From Malacoraja senta (Eukaryota): a DNA stretch of 36,481 bases. Positions within the stretch are counted from its first letter, which is position 1; the number at the start of each line of letters is the position of its first letter. Made by a program: the position numbers and the translations under genes. This document shows, in pieces, positions 10,849-23,215 of this stretch. The notes beneath the pieces were generated by a model. It was given only the letters and a program-made list of their open reading frames with translations, had not been told where the DNA came from and did no database searches. The stretch is from assembly GCA_038087875.1 (NCBI GenBank), contig JAXLNO010000531.1, forward strand, positions 1 to 36,481, in the 5' to 3' direction.

Positions 10849-11225
10849 AGACAATATCAAATAGACAATAGGCGCAGGAGAAGGCCATTCGGCCCTTCGA
10901 GCCAGTACCGCCATTCAATGTGATCATGGCTGATCATCCCCAATCAGTACCCCGTTCCTGCCTTCTCTCCATATCCCCTGACTCCGCTATCTTTAAGAGC
11001 CCTACCAAGCTCTCTCTTGAAAGTATCCAGAGAACCGGCCTCCACCGCCATCTGAGGCAGAGAATTCCACAGACTCACAACTCTCTGTGAAAAAGTGTTT
11101 CCTCATCTCCGTTCTAAATGGCTTACCCCTTATTCTTAAAGTGTGGCCCCTGGTTCTGGACCCCCCAACATCGGGAACATGTTTCCCGACTTTAGCGTGT
11201 CCAAACCCTTTGTAATCTTATACTT
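10849..11225 (-). mobile_element. CR1 LINE 3' end
   Basis: Tail with (CAATAGA)-type terminal repeats; near-identical to 34241-34600. Confidence 0.88.
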
Positions 11226-11439
11226 TAAAGATTATAATATAATCTGGAACTGGATTATAATATAATCTCCACTGGAAGGGCATCTTGATGTCCCTGGATG
11301 GACGTGAGTGAGGGGTATAGCACCACCTGCGGTCGCAGGAGAAACTACCTGGGAGGAAGAGGTGATTTGGGTGTCATTGCCTCGGGGAATCTCCCCTGCA
11401 CAGATTCCAACCTTGTAGTTACTCAGCCCTGTACTGCTC

Positions 11440-13800
11440 CTTTCTATCTCCTTCCCCAAATCTCCCATCTCCCCTGCCCCCTCCCTTCTGGCCTACATCT
11501 GAGATACCTCTCGCACACTTCCACACATCAATAACTTTCAATTCCTAGGCCCCCATTCACTCATCTTCACCATGGACCTTCAGTCCCTTTATAATTCTAT
11601 TCCCCACCTGGAAGGTCTTGGAGCCCTCGGGTTCCTCCTCCAGAGACCCATTCAGTTCCCCTCTGTTAACACTCTCCTCCACCTGGTGGAACTTGTCCTC
11701 GCTCTCAACATCTTTCCTTTTGACTCCTTTTACTTTCTTCAAGTTAAAGGTGTAACCATGGGCAGCACCTTTTGCCCCAGCAATGTATTTATTTTCATTG
11801 GTTATAATCAAACAGTCCTTATTCCTTACACTACTGCTCCACGCTTTCTCCACTGCATCGGGGTTGCCTCCTGCACCTATACAGAACTTGCAGATTTCAT
11901 TAACTTTACCAGTAACTTCCACCCTGTGCTCAAATTCACTTGGAACATCTCTGACATCGCTCTCCCCTTTCTAGATCTCTCCGTCTCCATTACAAGGGAC
12001 AGATTATTGACAGACATCAACTACTGTACAAACACACTGACTCCCACCGACTATACATCATCCCACCCTGCCCCTAGCAACGATGCCATCCCCTACGCTC
12101 AATTTCACCATCTCTGTTGCATCTGCTCTCAAGATGAGGCTTTCCACTCGAGGACATCCTCTTTCTTTAGCAAACATGGTTCCCCTGCTGTCGTACGTAT
12201 ATATGGATATATATCCATGGATATGGATCTACGTATCCATGCTGCACTGTCCCATCTGGAGCAGCGGGGGTGCTACGTGCGGATGCTCCTTGTGGACTAC
12301 AGCTCTGCTTTTAACACCATCCTTTCCCACAAACTGGTGGACAAACTGGGGGGACCTGGGACTTCCACACTCCACCTGCATGTGGATAAAGAGCTTCCTG
12401 TCGGGTCGCAGTCAGACAGTCAGAGTGGGGCCATCACACATCCATGGCCCTCAGCCTCAGTACCAGCTCTCCACAGGGCTGCGTGCTGAGCCCCCTGCTT
12501 TACACCATCTACACATATGACTGCACCCCCGCCCACCACAGTAACACCATTGTCAAATTCGCGGATGACACCACGGTGGTGGGGCTCATCTCTGGGGGGG
12601 ATGAGGATGCCTACAGGGATGAGGTGGAACAGCTGACAGGGTGGTGTGGAGAGAATAACCTGCTCCTCAACACCTCAAAGACCAAGGAGCTCATAATAGA
12701 TTACAGGAAGAAGAAAACGGACATTACACCACAAATCATCAGAGGGGACTGTGTGGAGAGGGTGGCGGATTTCCGCTTCCTGGGAATCCACATTGAGGAT
12801 GACCTGACATGGAGCGTGAACACCTCTGCGCTGCTGAAAAAGGTCCAGCAGAGACTGTACTTCCTGAGGGTGCTCAGGAAGAACAACATCACCCAGAGAC
12901 TGCTGCTGTCCTTTTATCGGTGCTCCATAGAGAGCATCTTAACATACTGTGTATGCGTGTGGTACACCAGCTGCGCAGCGGCTAAGAGGAAAGCGCTCCA
13001 GAGGGCTATTGACAACACCCAGAAGATTGTCGGCTGCCCTCTCATCACCTTGGAGGACGTATACAGTTCCCACTGTCTCAAAAAATCCCAGAAATCCCAA
13101 AAATCATAAAGGACATTTTCCACCCCAGACACTCCCTGTTTGAACTGTTGCCGTCAGGCAGATGGTACAGATCAATGAGGATAAGGACAAACAGACTCAA
13201 AAACAGTTTTTATCCCACAGCAGTAACTACACTTAATGTAGCCACCAAATGAGCGCAGGTGTGCTACATACCAAAGGGATTGTGAAATCGACAGAAGAAT
13301 GTATGGTTGTGTGTTTATGCTTGTTTTTTTTCATGTTATTTATTTTAATTGTTTATTTTAGACATTTCTCTTTTACGTATCGTTAGCTTTTAGATAATGT
13401 GTGAATGGTGCACTGCCTGGTTGGCATTTTTAATTTCGTTGTACATGTTTACATGTTATAATGACAATAATGTATTCATTCATTCATTCATCCTTCACCT
13501 GTATCTCCCGTGTCCTGTAGTTCTTCTCTCACTCCCCCTCTCCCCAAATGAACAAGGATAGAGTTACCCTGCTGCTTACCTTTCATACAACCTGCCTCCA
13601 CATCTGTCATTTCAGCCACCCACATCACCACTACCAGTCACCTCTTCCCATCCTTATCCACAGAGACTGCTCCCTCTACACTCCTTCGTTCCCACCCAAA
13701 CCATCCCCTCTCAGTTACTTTCCCCTGCAACCGCAAGAGATGTAATACCTGTTCCTATAATTTTTCCATATATATCCTGCAATTCAGTTCTCACTCCCCC
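11440..13800 (+). mobile_element. Penelope-like element RT region, decayed, interrupted by a Rex1 LINE (12235-13490); an inverted PLE piece lies at ~11270-11440
   Basis: MDLQSLYNSIPHLEGL..TLLHLVELVLALN..FLQVKGVTMG..FHPVLKFTW..LPFLDLSV..DYTSSHP..AIPYAQF, resuming after the insertion as NKDRVTLLLTFH. Confidence 0.85.
12235..13490 (+). mobile_element. Rex1/Babar-clade LINE, 5'-truncated within RT
   Basis: YVRMLLVDYSSAFNTI..PQGCVLSPLLY..KFADDTTVVGLI..KTKELIIDYRK..FYRCSIESILTYC, with frameshifts and a (CATT)n tail at 13473-13490. Confidence 0.92.
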
Positions 13801-14044
13801 CCCCCCCCCCCCCAGGCCACAGATGGAATAAGCATAAAGCTCCCCTTGTCCTGGTCCTTTGCTTTTCATTCCACCAGACTTTGCAACTTCCCATCCCCAC
13901 ACCTTTCCGCACAGACTGCTCCCTCCGCAACTCTTTGGTTCACATCCTTTCCCACCTAAATGACCACCTTTCCCGATACTTTCCCTGCAGCCACAGGAGA
14001 TGCATCCTCTGCAAACTTACTAATCATGCTTTTGTACATTAGAT

Positions 14045-14520
14045 GGGAATGTACTAGGCATGATTAGTAAGTTTTCAGATGATACTAAAGTGAGTAGCAT
14101 TATACACAGTGAAGATGGTTATCAAAAATGACAGCAGGATCTTGATCAGCTGGGCAAGTGGGCTGAAGAATGACTAATGGAGCTTAATGCAGGTAATTGT
14201 GAGGTTTGCATTGTGAAGTCTAACCAGGGCAGGATGAATGGTGGGGCTCTGGGAAATGTAGAGCAGAGGGCTTCTAGTACAGCTAAACGGTTCCATGAAA
14301 GTGGCAGCACAGGTAGCTAGGGTGGTAAAGAAAACTTTTGTTACATTGACCATCATCAATCAGGGTGTTGAGTATAGAAGTTGGACATTATGATGCAATT
14401 GTGCAAGACAGTAGTGAGCCTACATTTAGAGCATTGTGTTCCATTTTGGTCAGGGATGTCATTAAGCTGGAAAGAGTCCAGCGAAGATTTACGATGTTGT
14501 CAGGACTCGAGGGCTTGATC
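14045..14520 (+). mobile_element. CR1 RT C-terminal fragment, decayed
   Basis: GMISKFSDDTKV..QQDLDQLGKWAEE..DVIKLERVQRRFT. Confidence 0.8.
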
Positions 14521-14679
14521 TCGGAGAGGGAATCTAGGGAGAGATGGAATCAAGGTATTTGGAGATTAGTTCAGTGCAGCAGTGAGAAACAATGGGTTAG
14601 CCAAGCCAGTCCAATTTGTGGATTTTGCGACTGAGACCATAAGGTTGGAGTTGTGGATGGGAAATCAGCAGCGGTGATG

Positions 14680-15335
14680 ACCCACCCAAACCACCACCTC
14701 CCCAGGTACTTTCTCCAGAACCAGAGGAAATGTAACACTTATACCTATACTTGCTCACATCCATCCAGGAATCCCAAAGTCCTTCCAGGTGAGACGAGGT
14801 ATCCCATGCGCCTCTACCCTCTACTCCATTCTGTGCTCCTGATGTGGCCTCCTTTACTTCTTCGCCAAGACCAAACTTAGACCGGGCAACCATTTTGTCG
14901 AATACATACATTTGGTCCACCAAGGCAGTTAGATCTCCAGGTTCCTTAACCATTTTATCTCTCCCCTCCCGGTCCCATTCCCATTCTCATACTGACCTTT
15001 CTGTCCTGGCCTCCTCCATTACCAGAATGACCTCGTATTCTTTCAGCACCTTTATTTTGCTTGTGTAGCTTCACTGCATGAGATAGTTCAGCTCTTGCTC
15101 CCCACCTGCCCCTCCCCTCCAGATAGAGCAAGGATGGTCCTTGCATATCGCCCCTCCACATCCAGCATATCATTCTCCAAAACTTCCGCCATCCCACTGC
15201 CAGTCACATCTTCTCATCCCCACTCTTTTCCCCTTCCCGCAGAGACCGCTCCCTATGAAACTCCCTGGTTCACCATTTTCTTCCCACCCAAACCACCCCT
15301 TCCCCCAGATATTTTCCTCTGCAAACACAGGAGAC
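14680..15335 (+). mobile_element. Penelope-like fragments (GIY-YIG region)
   Basis: CCCATTCCCATTCTCATACTGACCTTTCTGTCCTGGCCTCCTCCATT matches the PLE motif at 8780-8880 and 25150-25240. Confidence 0.65.
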
Positions 15336-15379
15336 GTGTCATTTTCAAACTTAGTAATCATGCTTTTGTACATAGTTGA

Positions 15380-15700
15380 GAATGTACACGGCATGATTAG
15401 TAAGCTTTCAGATGACACTAAAGTAGGTAGTATTGTAGGCGGTGAAGCTGGTTATGATAAATTACAGCAGGATCTTGCTCAGCTGGGAAAATGGGTGAAA
15501 GAATGGCTAATGGAGGTTAGTGCAAATAAGTGTGAGGTGTTGTATTTTGGAGAGTTCAGCCAGGACAGGACCTTCACAAAGGTAGGGCTCTAGGGAGTGT
15601 GGTAGAGCAGAATAATCTTGCAGTACGGGTACATAGTTCTCTGAAAGTGGTGTCACAGATAGATAGTGGTAAAGAATGCTTTTAATACATTGGCTTTCAT
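15380..15700 (+). mobile_element. CR1 RT C-terminal fragment (paralog of 14045-14360)
   Basis: ENVHGMISKLSDDTKVGSIV..KLQQDLAQLGKWVKEWLME..KCEVLYFG. Confidence 0.8.
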
Positions 15701-16845
15701 CTGACCTCCACACCCGTGTCAACCAGAAACCGCCGCCCCGAATGATGGTCCCAGGTGTAAAGGCGATTCTTCTGGCCGGCTGTGGCAGCCACTACTGGTG
15801 GTCGGCCGCAGCGTTTCCCGGATACGAGCAGGGTGGGCGGCTTTGTTGGGCCACAGCATTTCCCGGATACAAGCAGGATGGACGGCATTGGTGGGCTGCA
15901 GGACCCCAACGTTGGCGGTAGTAACACCATCTAGTTCTACCCACGTCACTCCAGCCTTCCGGTGGAACCCTCAACCAACACAGAAAATGGCCGCGGGCTG
16001 CGTTGCGGCCTCGCCGACACCCGACCGATAGAAAAGGCCCCCAGCTGTTTGGCTGCCACAGCTCGTCGGTACGTTCAGCCAGCCACAGCGGGACAGCAAA
16101 ATCCTCACCCGCGAGGAGCAGGCGGATGTCCTCGTGCATCTGCTCCAGAAACACGTGCTCAAAAAGGAAACAGAGCTGATGACCGTCCATCAAGGTGAGC
16201 ATTTCACACATCAGATCCAACGGCTTGTGATCACCGAGACCACCCATGTTCAGAATCCTCGCAGCCCGCTCCCGCTTGCTCAGCCCGAAAGTGCGCAATA
16301 GGAGCGTCTTCAGGCCGTCATACTTGCCGGCAGCCGGCAGCTGGCGAAGTAAATGAACGAGATGACCAGCCGTGTCATTATCCAAGGCCCCGACCATGTA
16401 ATATTATTTTGTGTCATCAGCAGTAATGTGCCGAATATGAAATTGAGCCTCGGCCTGCTCCAACCATACGTGCGTCTGCAACGTCCAAAACGCGGGCAAT
16501 TTAACCGCAATGGCGTTCTGTTGAGCTGGAGGGCTGGCGACTGCATCGGGCGGGCTGTTAGCTGCTTCCATTGTGCGATCCAAAACCACAGTTTGGAAAA
16601 CATCGAGGTCACCAATAAAGCGTAATAAAGTGAGCCACACGTTGTGAACTCAAGGACAAACTTTATTGAACAAAAACTAATTCCAAAACAATAGCAGTGT
16701 TGCTGAGCCCAGAGTAACTGCGTGTCATTGCAACAGGGCACTCCCTCGACTTCCTTTCCAACCCAGCCCCTCAGTCACCTGCCTCTTACCACATGATGAA
16801 CGAGGGTTCGATTAACCAGTGGCCCGACCACCAGATGGCGCCACA
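15700..16845 (-). mobile_element. Ty3/Gypsy LTR retrotransposon 5' half: LTR (16615-16845), PBS, gag, start of protease; truncated
   Basis: LTR starts TGTGGCG at 16845 with AATAAA (minus) at 16662-16667. PBS TGGTGACCTCGATGT. gag reads AVKLPAFW..WLEQAEAQF..ITADDTK..KYDGLK..LGDHKP..WCYYRQRWG..CRPSC; protease FLVDTG lies in the -1 frame. Confidence 0.9.
16600..16614 (-). promoter_or_regulatory. Primer-binding site complementary to the tRNA-Trp 3' end
   Basis: TGGTGACCTCGATGT versus the canonical tRNA-Trp PBS TGGTGACCCCGACGT (two C>T changes), immediately 3' of the LTR. Confidence 0.8.
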
Positions 16846-17099
16846 TGTGTACTTTTTATAAAAAGTGCACTCATTGCTTTCCATCAGTTCTTGTAAAATG
16901 AAATCTTTATGGTCCAATCTTTCAAAAAATAATGATTACAAATTAAATATGATTTATTACTGTGCAAACTTTATTAAAGATAATTGTTTTTAAATATTTT
17001 GAATACTTTTTTATAACAATATATTTATCTAGTTATTTAATCAGAATCCTATTCAGTGAGCAACTGAAAACAGGAACAGAATAGCAGGACTCAATGTCA

Positions 17100-18325
17100 G
17101 CAACTACATAAGGGCAGATTCAGTTCTGAAAGTGGCGAGTATCCTGGAGTGACAGCTCCTTATGGGTGTACAGAAAGGAAGGCAGACACTAGTGGAGCAG
17201 CCGTGTGGGGTGAGGCTATGTGGAGGGTAAGTGCGAGGCTTTGCATCAACAGGCTTTGGCGTAAAGGGGTACAGCAGGATAAGGTACAGTCTTTTTTTCT
17301 TGCATTAATCTTCCCTGGTCTGGTGCAGTGAAGATGGCAGTTAAGGCAGCAATATGTTTCTCCTGCAGGATGTGGAAAGTCAGCGAGACTTCCAGTGTCC
17401 TTGAGGACTACACCTGTAAGAGATGCTTCCAGCTGCAGCCACTTCCAGACCGTGTTATGGAACTGCAGCAGCACCCGGGCAACCTCTGGGTCATCCAGGA
17501 GACTGAATAGGTCATAGATGGGAGTTACAATGAGATGGTTAATCTTGGGATAGCAGCAGAATATCGATGGGTTACAACCAGTGAAGGGATAGGTAGAGAG
17601 TGCACAAATACCTGGGGCCATTTCCCTCTGACAGGTATCCCCCTTTGGAATAAATATGCTGGGAGATTGTCAGGCAGCTATAATAGGAGGGGACTTTAAA
17701 TTGCCCAATATTGACCGACTGCCAAAGCACCAAGGCCTTAGATGAGCTGTAATTTATCAAATGTCTTTCAGGAAAGATTCCTTCGGCAATATGTAAAGGG
17801 CCATATAAGGGACAGGGCAATGCTTAACCTACTCTTAGGAAATTGGTGGGAGAGCCTTTGGGAACAGCAACCACAATCAAACTATTAGTTAAAGTTCTGA
17901 ATTGGGGCAACTTTGATAGAATGAGACAGGAACTTGCTAAAGTTGATTGGAGGAGGATAAGGATTTCCAGAAAGTGGGATGGTTTTAAAAGTGATAGGGA
18001 GAATTCAAAGCATGCATGTTCCAGTTAGTGTGAAAGGCAAGGCAGCTGGGAGTTTCAGGTGAGAGGAGAAAGATTTAATAGGAAACAGGATCAACTTTTA
18101 AACTTGGATGAGTGGTGGGTATATGGAACGAGCTGCCAGAGGAGGAGGTAGTTGAGGCAGGTACAATAACGGCATTTAAAAACAAAAAGCAACATGGGAC
18201 AGATATGTGGATAAGAGGGAGAGTGATGTGGGCCAAATAAGGACAAATGGAATTAGCTTAGATGGGGCATTTTGGTCGGCACGGACGAGTTGGACTGAAG
18301 ATCCTGTTTTGCTGCTGTATGACTA
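17100..18325 (+). mobile_element. Old CR1 LINE retaining 5' UTR, ORF1 N-terminus, part of the endonuclease and the 3' tail, with large internal deletions
   Basis: MAVKAAICFSCRMW..YTCKRCFQLQ (ORF1 zinc finger) at 17334; IIGGDFKLPNID at ~17680; NFDRMRQELAKVDW at ~17910; CR1 3' tail at 18050-18325. Confidence 0.75.
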
Positions 18326-19177
18326 AGTATATACTAACTTGCTAACAAGTTTATTAGCTTCCCCACAGTCAATCCTGCACCAATATTTCATTTGCTGCAA
18401 GATATGTTTTACCCAGAAACTGATGACTTATATTTTAAAGATGATTAAACTTCAAGATTTGATTTAATAACAGGTTGTTTTGATTTTTTTGTTTGCAATA
18501 AAAGAATTATTCTCAAAAGTGTTGGATAGTGTTTTCTCTGTAATTAGCAAAAGAGAGCTGCTATTTTTTGGGGAACTGAGAAGGAAATGGACAGTTGACA
18601 ATTTTGGGTCAAGGCCCTCGTCTACACTGGAAGACTGGACCCGGACCCTTCATCTCTCGAGTAATAAGTTTGGTGACAAATATAAAATTGAGCATGATTT
18701 CGAGAACCCAGATTGAGCATTTCTATCAGGTGAATTAAATACATTCCAAATTCTAGGCCTGTTTCATGCTGGTGTGAAATAACATATAGGACGATCAATT
18801 TTGCTGATAACTAGAGTGTCACCTTTAGCTCTGCAAGACCCATCATTGCTTGATGTAGCAACAGTTAATGGTGTAAATAATTCTGTTCATTAGACATAGA
18901 GACTTAAAAAATCTTTGCAGCTATCTTCGTTCAATATCTTGTAATTCCAGTTATAATCCCTTCCTCCTGGTTGACATGAATCACACAGATGCATCACTTC
19001 AATATTTCTTTAAGGGAGTTTGCCTTCTGATGTGATAGTGAAAATATGCAGAACTGGGGATTAAAGGGTGAAGTATTCTGTCTCCTGGAGATTATGGAAT
19101 ACCTCATGGCATATTGAAGTTAAATTTAGTTACGTTTCGCTTTCCTTATTGTGACTTCATCATTCTTGTAAAACATG

Positions 19178-19501
19178 TGATGTTCGATGCTATTGTGATT
19201 GGCTAAGATGTATTATAATGTGTATGATTGAAATCGGGTGGAAAGATTGTCCCCACCTATATAACCATGTGATACTGTAGTTATTGGCCTAGAATTACTG
19301 CGCATTGTAAGTTACCTCCCACTATATCAACCATATATATATGCTAATTCCTTTGTTTGAGCTCATGTGTTCCTCCGTGATCCACTGGGAGAGCTTCCCA
19401 GGGGGGTACAGAGAAACGTGGTCACCATGGTGAAATAAAGGACTTTAAGTATTCTTGTCGGTGTTTTCACTGAACGAACTATGGGGTAAATAGGAGCATC
19501 A
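19178..19501 (+). mobile_element. Possible solo LTR
   Basis: TGATGTTC...GAGCATCA short inverted ends, two ATTGG, TATA-like runs, AATAAA ~19434. No TSD found. Confidence 0.3.
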
Positions 19502-19601
19502 GAATAATTGCAAACTGTTGAGATTTATCCTGCAAAATTCTTCCAAGTCACAAAATGATGTTTCTGTGGTGGTTAATTCTTCATCTGATTGTTATTTAAT
19601 G

Positions 19602-19798
<197 letters not shown>

Positions 19799-20144
19799 AC
19801 ACTATTATTAAAAGTCTCATCTTGACCACTTCCTGTCTATGTTGTAAATACATTTTAGAAAGAATGCTACAGTATGTCGCTATGTTTTTTCGCCATCTCA
19901 CTCACCGTCCTCCTCTCCTCCAACCGCCCCAAAGTTTTTTCCGATCGGTGAAATAATAAAAAAGTTATGAATGTTTAAAAAATCGTGAGATCAGCTGATT
20001 GGTCTTCCCGTCTCTCAGTCAGCATGATGAAGGTCACGCCCCTTCCGGGGGGCAAGGAGAGTAAAGCCCCAGAGGCCGGACATGAGTCAGTCACTCTGGA
20101 AGACCGTGAGCGAGAGTTGAGTCCAGAACTGTGATTCTACGCCA

Positions 20145-20462
20145 TGTGTGAACTGAACTAAACTGTGTCTGTGCCGTGCTGATTGAACTGTGCCTGCCTC
20201 GTGAGTGAATTGAGCTGTGCATGCGCCGTGAGTGAATTGAACTGTGCCTCCCCGTGAGTGAATTGAACTGTGGCTGCCCCGTGAATTAATTGATCTGTGC
20301 CTGCCCAGTGACTGAATTGAACTGGGCCTGCGCTGTGCTGATTGAACTGAGCCATGCCTGCCCCATGAGTGAATTGATCTGTGCCTGCCCCGTGAGTGAA
20401 TTGAGCTGTGCCTGCCCCGTGAGTGAATTGAACTGTGCCTGCCCCGTGAGTGAACTGAATTG
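20145..20462. repeat. ~27-bp minisatellite (GTGAGTGAATTGAACTGTGCCTGCCCC), ~12 units, inside the Helitron
   Basis: Directly visible tandem units. Confidence 0.93.
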
Positions 20463-21192
20463 TTAGCCCTACACTGTGCTTGACTTGAAATGGAATGGAT
20501 TGAATTGTTGGCCCTGCACTGGGCTTGTCTTGAAATGGAGTGGATTGAATTGTTGACCCTGCGCTGTGCTTGACTTGAAATGGAATGGATTGAATTGTTG
20601 GCCCTGCACTGTGCTAGACTTGAAATGGAATAGATTGAATTGTTGGCCCGGCACTGTGCTTGACTGGAAATTGATGATTGAATTGTTGGCCCTGCACTGT
20701 GCTTGATTTAAAATGGAATGGATTGAATTGGTGGACCTATACTGTGCTTGACTTGAAATGGGATGGATTGAATTGTTGGCCCTGCACTGTACTTGACTAG
20801 AAATGGAATGGATTGAATTGTTGGCCCTGCGCTGTGCTTGACTTGAATTTGAATGAATTGAATTGGTGGCCCTGTGCTGTGCCTGATTTAAATGGAAAGG
20901 ATTGAATTGGTGGCCCTGCACTGTGCCTGACTTGAAATGGAATGGATTGAGTTGGTGGCCCTGCACTGTGCCTGACTGGAAATGGAATGGATTGAATTGG
21001 TGGCCCTCCTCTGTGCTTGACTTGAAATGGAATGGATTGAATTTTTGGCCCTGCATTGTGCCTGACTTGAAATGGAATGGAATGGATTGAATTGGTGGCC
21101 CTGCACTGTGGTTGACTTGAAATGGAATGGATTGAGTTGGTGGCCCTGCGCTGTGCCTGACTTGAAATTGAATTAATTGAATTGGTGGCCCC
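20463..21192. repeat. ~45-bp minisatellite (CCCTGCACTGTGCTTGACTTGAAATGGAATGGATTGAATTGTTGG), ~16 units, inside the Helitron
   Basis: Directly visible; source of the repetitive QFNPFHFKSST ORFs. Confidence 0.95.
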
Positions 21193-21675
21193 CAAACCCC
21201 CCTCCCCCACATCCCCCTCCCCCACACCCCCCTTCCCCCACACCCCCCCTCCCAAACAAAACCCCTCCCCCACACACCCACACCCCCTTCCCCCACAAAC
21301 CCCCTCCCACACCCCCTCCCTCACACACACCATCACACACCCTTCCCCCACACACCCCCTCCCCCTCCCCCACACACTCCTCCCAAACAACCCCCCTGCC
21401 CCACACCCCCTCCCCCACACCCCCTTCCCCACAAACCTCCCCCACCCCACTCCCGCACACACACTGTCACACCCCCCATCCCCCACACACACCCTCCCCC
21501 ACACCCCCCTTCCCGCACACACACCCTCCCCCACACACCCCCTCCCAAACAAACCTTCCCACACACACCCCCACCCCATATACCCACACCCCGTGCCCAT
21601 ACCCCCTCCCCCACACCCCCACCACTACACCTCCCCTCCCTCACACACACACACCCTCCCCTCCCCCACACCGCC
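21190..21675. repeat. C/A-rich low-complexity tract (G-rich on the minus strand)
   Basis: Degenerate CCCCACACACCCCCT units. Confidence 0.92.
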
Positions 21676-21754
21676 CTTCAATTGCGTTGGGGGACCAGGC
21701 TTCCTGTGTGACTGGGACCCAACGGGTCCCACTTGGTGTAGTATCCCTCTAAAA

Positions 21755-22812
21755 TCTCCGATTTAGATGAAGAGGCCCTAAACTGTTCCACTTGTGAGGC
21801 CCCTCCCAATCCCCCACCCACACGACTAGAGGAAGATGGTCCACCAGATTGACACCGATTTGCAGCCGAGTGTGGCCAATGAGATGAGGGGCTGGAAAGC
21901 TGCGCTTTTTATTTATTTATTTATTGCCAGTGCTAGTGTCGAGTTATTGGCTTAAAACACTATAATTCTGAAATGGAGGGCAAGGAAAATTACTGAAGGG
22001 TTGATTAGAGACTACAGTGCGTTGTGACAGCATATGTAAGAAAGGCCTATGACAGTGTCAAAAATATGATACACCTTGCATGGCTCTTGTTTTTTTTTCT
22101 CTGTTTTCATCTGGGCAACCTTGGCAACTTTTTAAGTTGCCAAATGACAGTTTAGGTGGTCATTTAAGAGGGCTTGCGATGCGTGCGATAATGTGCTCGG
22201 ACGAAGTGCGTAGTTACCAGTCGGAATTATGTTCAATGAAGCATTCACATATTATTTCTGCTTCAAACAAAAGACACAAACTAAACATATTCACCAATCA
22301 AGACATGATATATACCACAATGACATGCAGCAAAATTATAATATAGTATCTCAACTCTTGTTACACATTGCAATTAATGCAATTTCTATTATTTCAGGGA
22401 GTGATTCTGCATTGGTTTTCAGCGGTCGTGGCGAGGCAGCGACCGGACAGCAATGGCGGCCAGATCACCCAAAATTCAAAACGAGGAAGAAAGTGCCCAG
22501 GGCCGACCAGTTGCCGTGGCAGTGCGCATGTGCCGTGCCGGCGGATGAGGAGCGAGCGGAGAGTGGAGACCCGGTGGCCCGGGCACGGATTATGGATGGC
22601 GGGCGGAGACGGAGATTGACAGACAGAGATAGAGAGGGGGGCCCGCCCAGAGTTGAACGGCACGTGTCCTGCCTTGGCCGGAGGCTGCCTAGATTTCGAG
22701 GCCCTAGGCTTCAGCCTATGAAGTCTTGTGGTAAATCCAGCTCTGCAAGGCATCCCTAGGTCTCGAGGCCCTAAGCTTAAGCTTATCAAGCTTATACGTA
22801 AATCCGGCCCTG
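21755..22812. mobile_element. Probable non-autonomous hAT DNA transposon (CAGGGCCGGATTT-type TIR), left end damaged
   Basis: Right end TAAATCCGGCCCTG at 22799-22812; left remnant CCGATTTAGATGAAGAGGCCCTA ~21758; GAGGCCC subterminal motifs at both ends. No TSD verifiable. Confidence 0.55.
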
Positions 22813-22977
22813 AACGTCATCCACCCACCCACCGTTCAGTTTCCTTTGGTCCAATTTCTTACAGAGCAAGTCTTTCCTTAACATTCACCCCAGCACCAAT
22901 AAACATCCTTGTGAATCTTTTAGCCACTCACTGCTTCTCACAAATACTTCTTGTAGTTGGGCTGTGACCAGAATAGC

Positions 22978-23215
22978 AGCACACACACTGACACACAATA
23001 CACACAGACAGAACACTCACTCACGCACACACAGAACACACACTCACGCACACAGAACACACACACACAGAACACACACACTCACGAACACACTCACGCA
23101 CACACACACATAACACTCACACAAACACTCACGAACAGACAACACACACAGTACTCACACACACACACACAACGCCCACTCCCCAAGTATTGCCACACAC
23201 ACACACACACACCAA
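22978..23215. repeat. CA-rich degenerate microsatellite
   Basis: Directly visible. Confidence 0.9.

Noticed and set aside
11572..12489. 305-aa ORF as a novel fusion RT
   Set aside because: Chance in-frame join of a decayed Penelope RT (catalytic DD motif missing) and an inserted Rex1 fragment.
20145..21192. Regular repeats resembling a CRISPR array, and 190-275 aa repetitive ORFs
   Set aside because: Units are head-to-tail with no unique spacers, there are no cas genes and the context is eukaryotic; these are Helitron-internal minisatellites.
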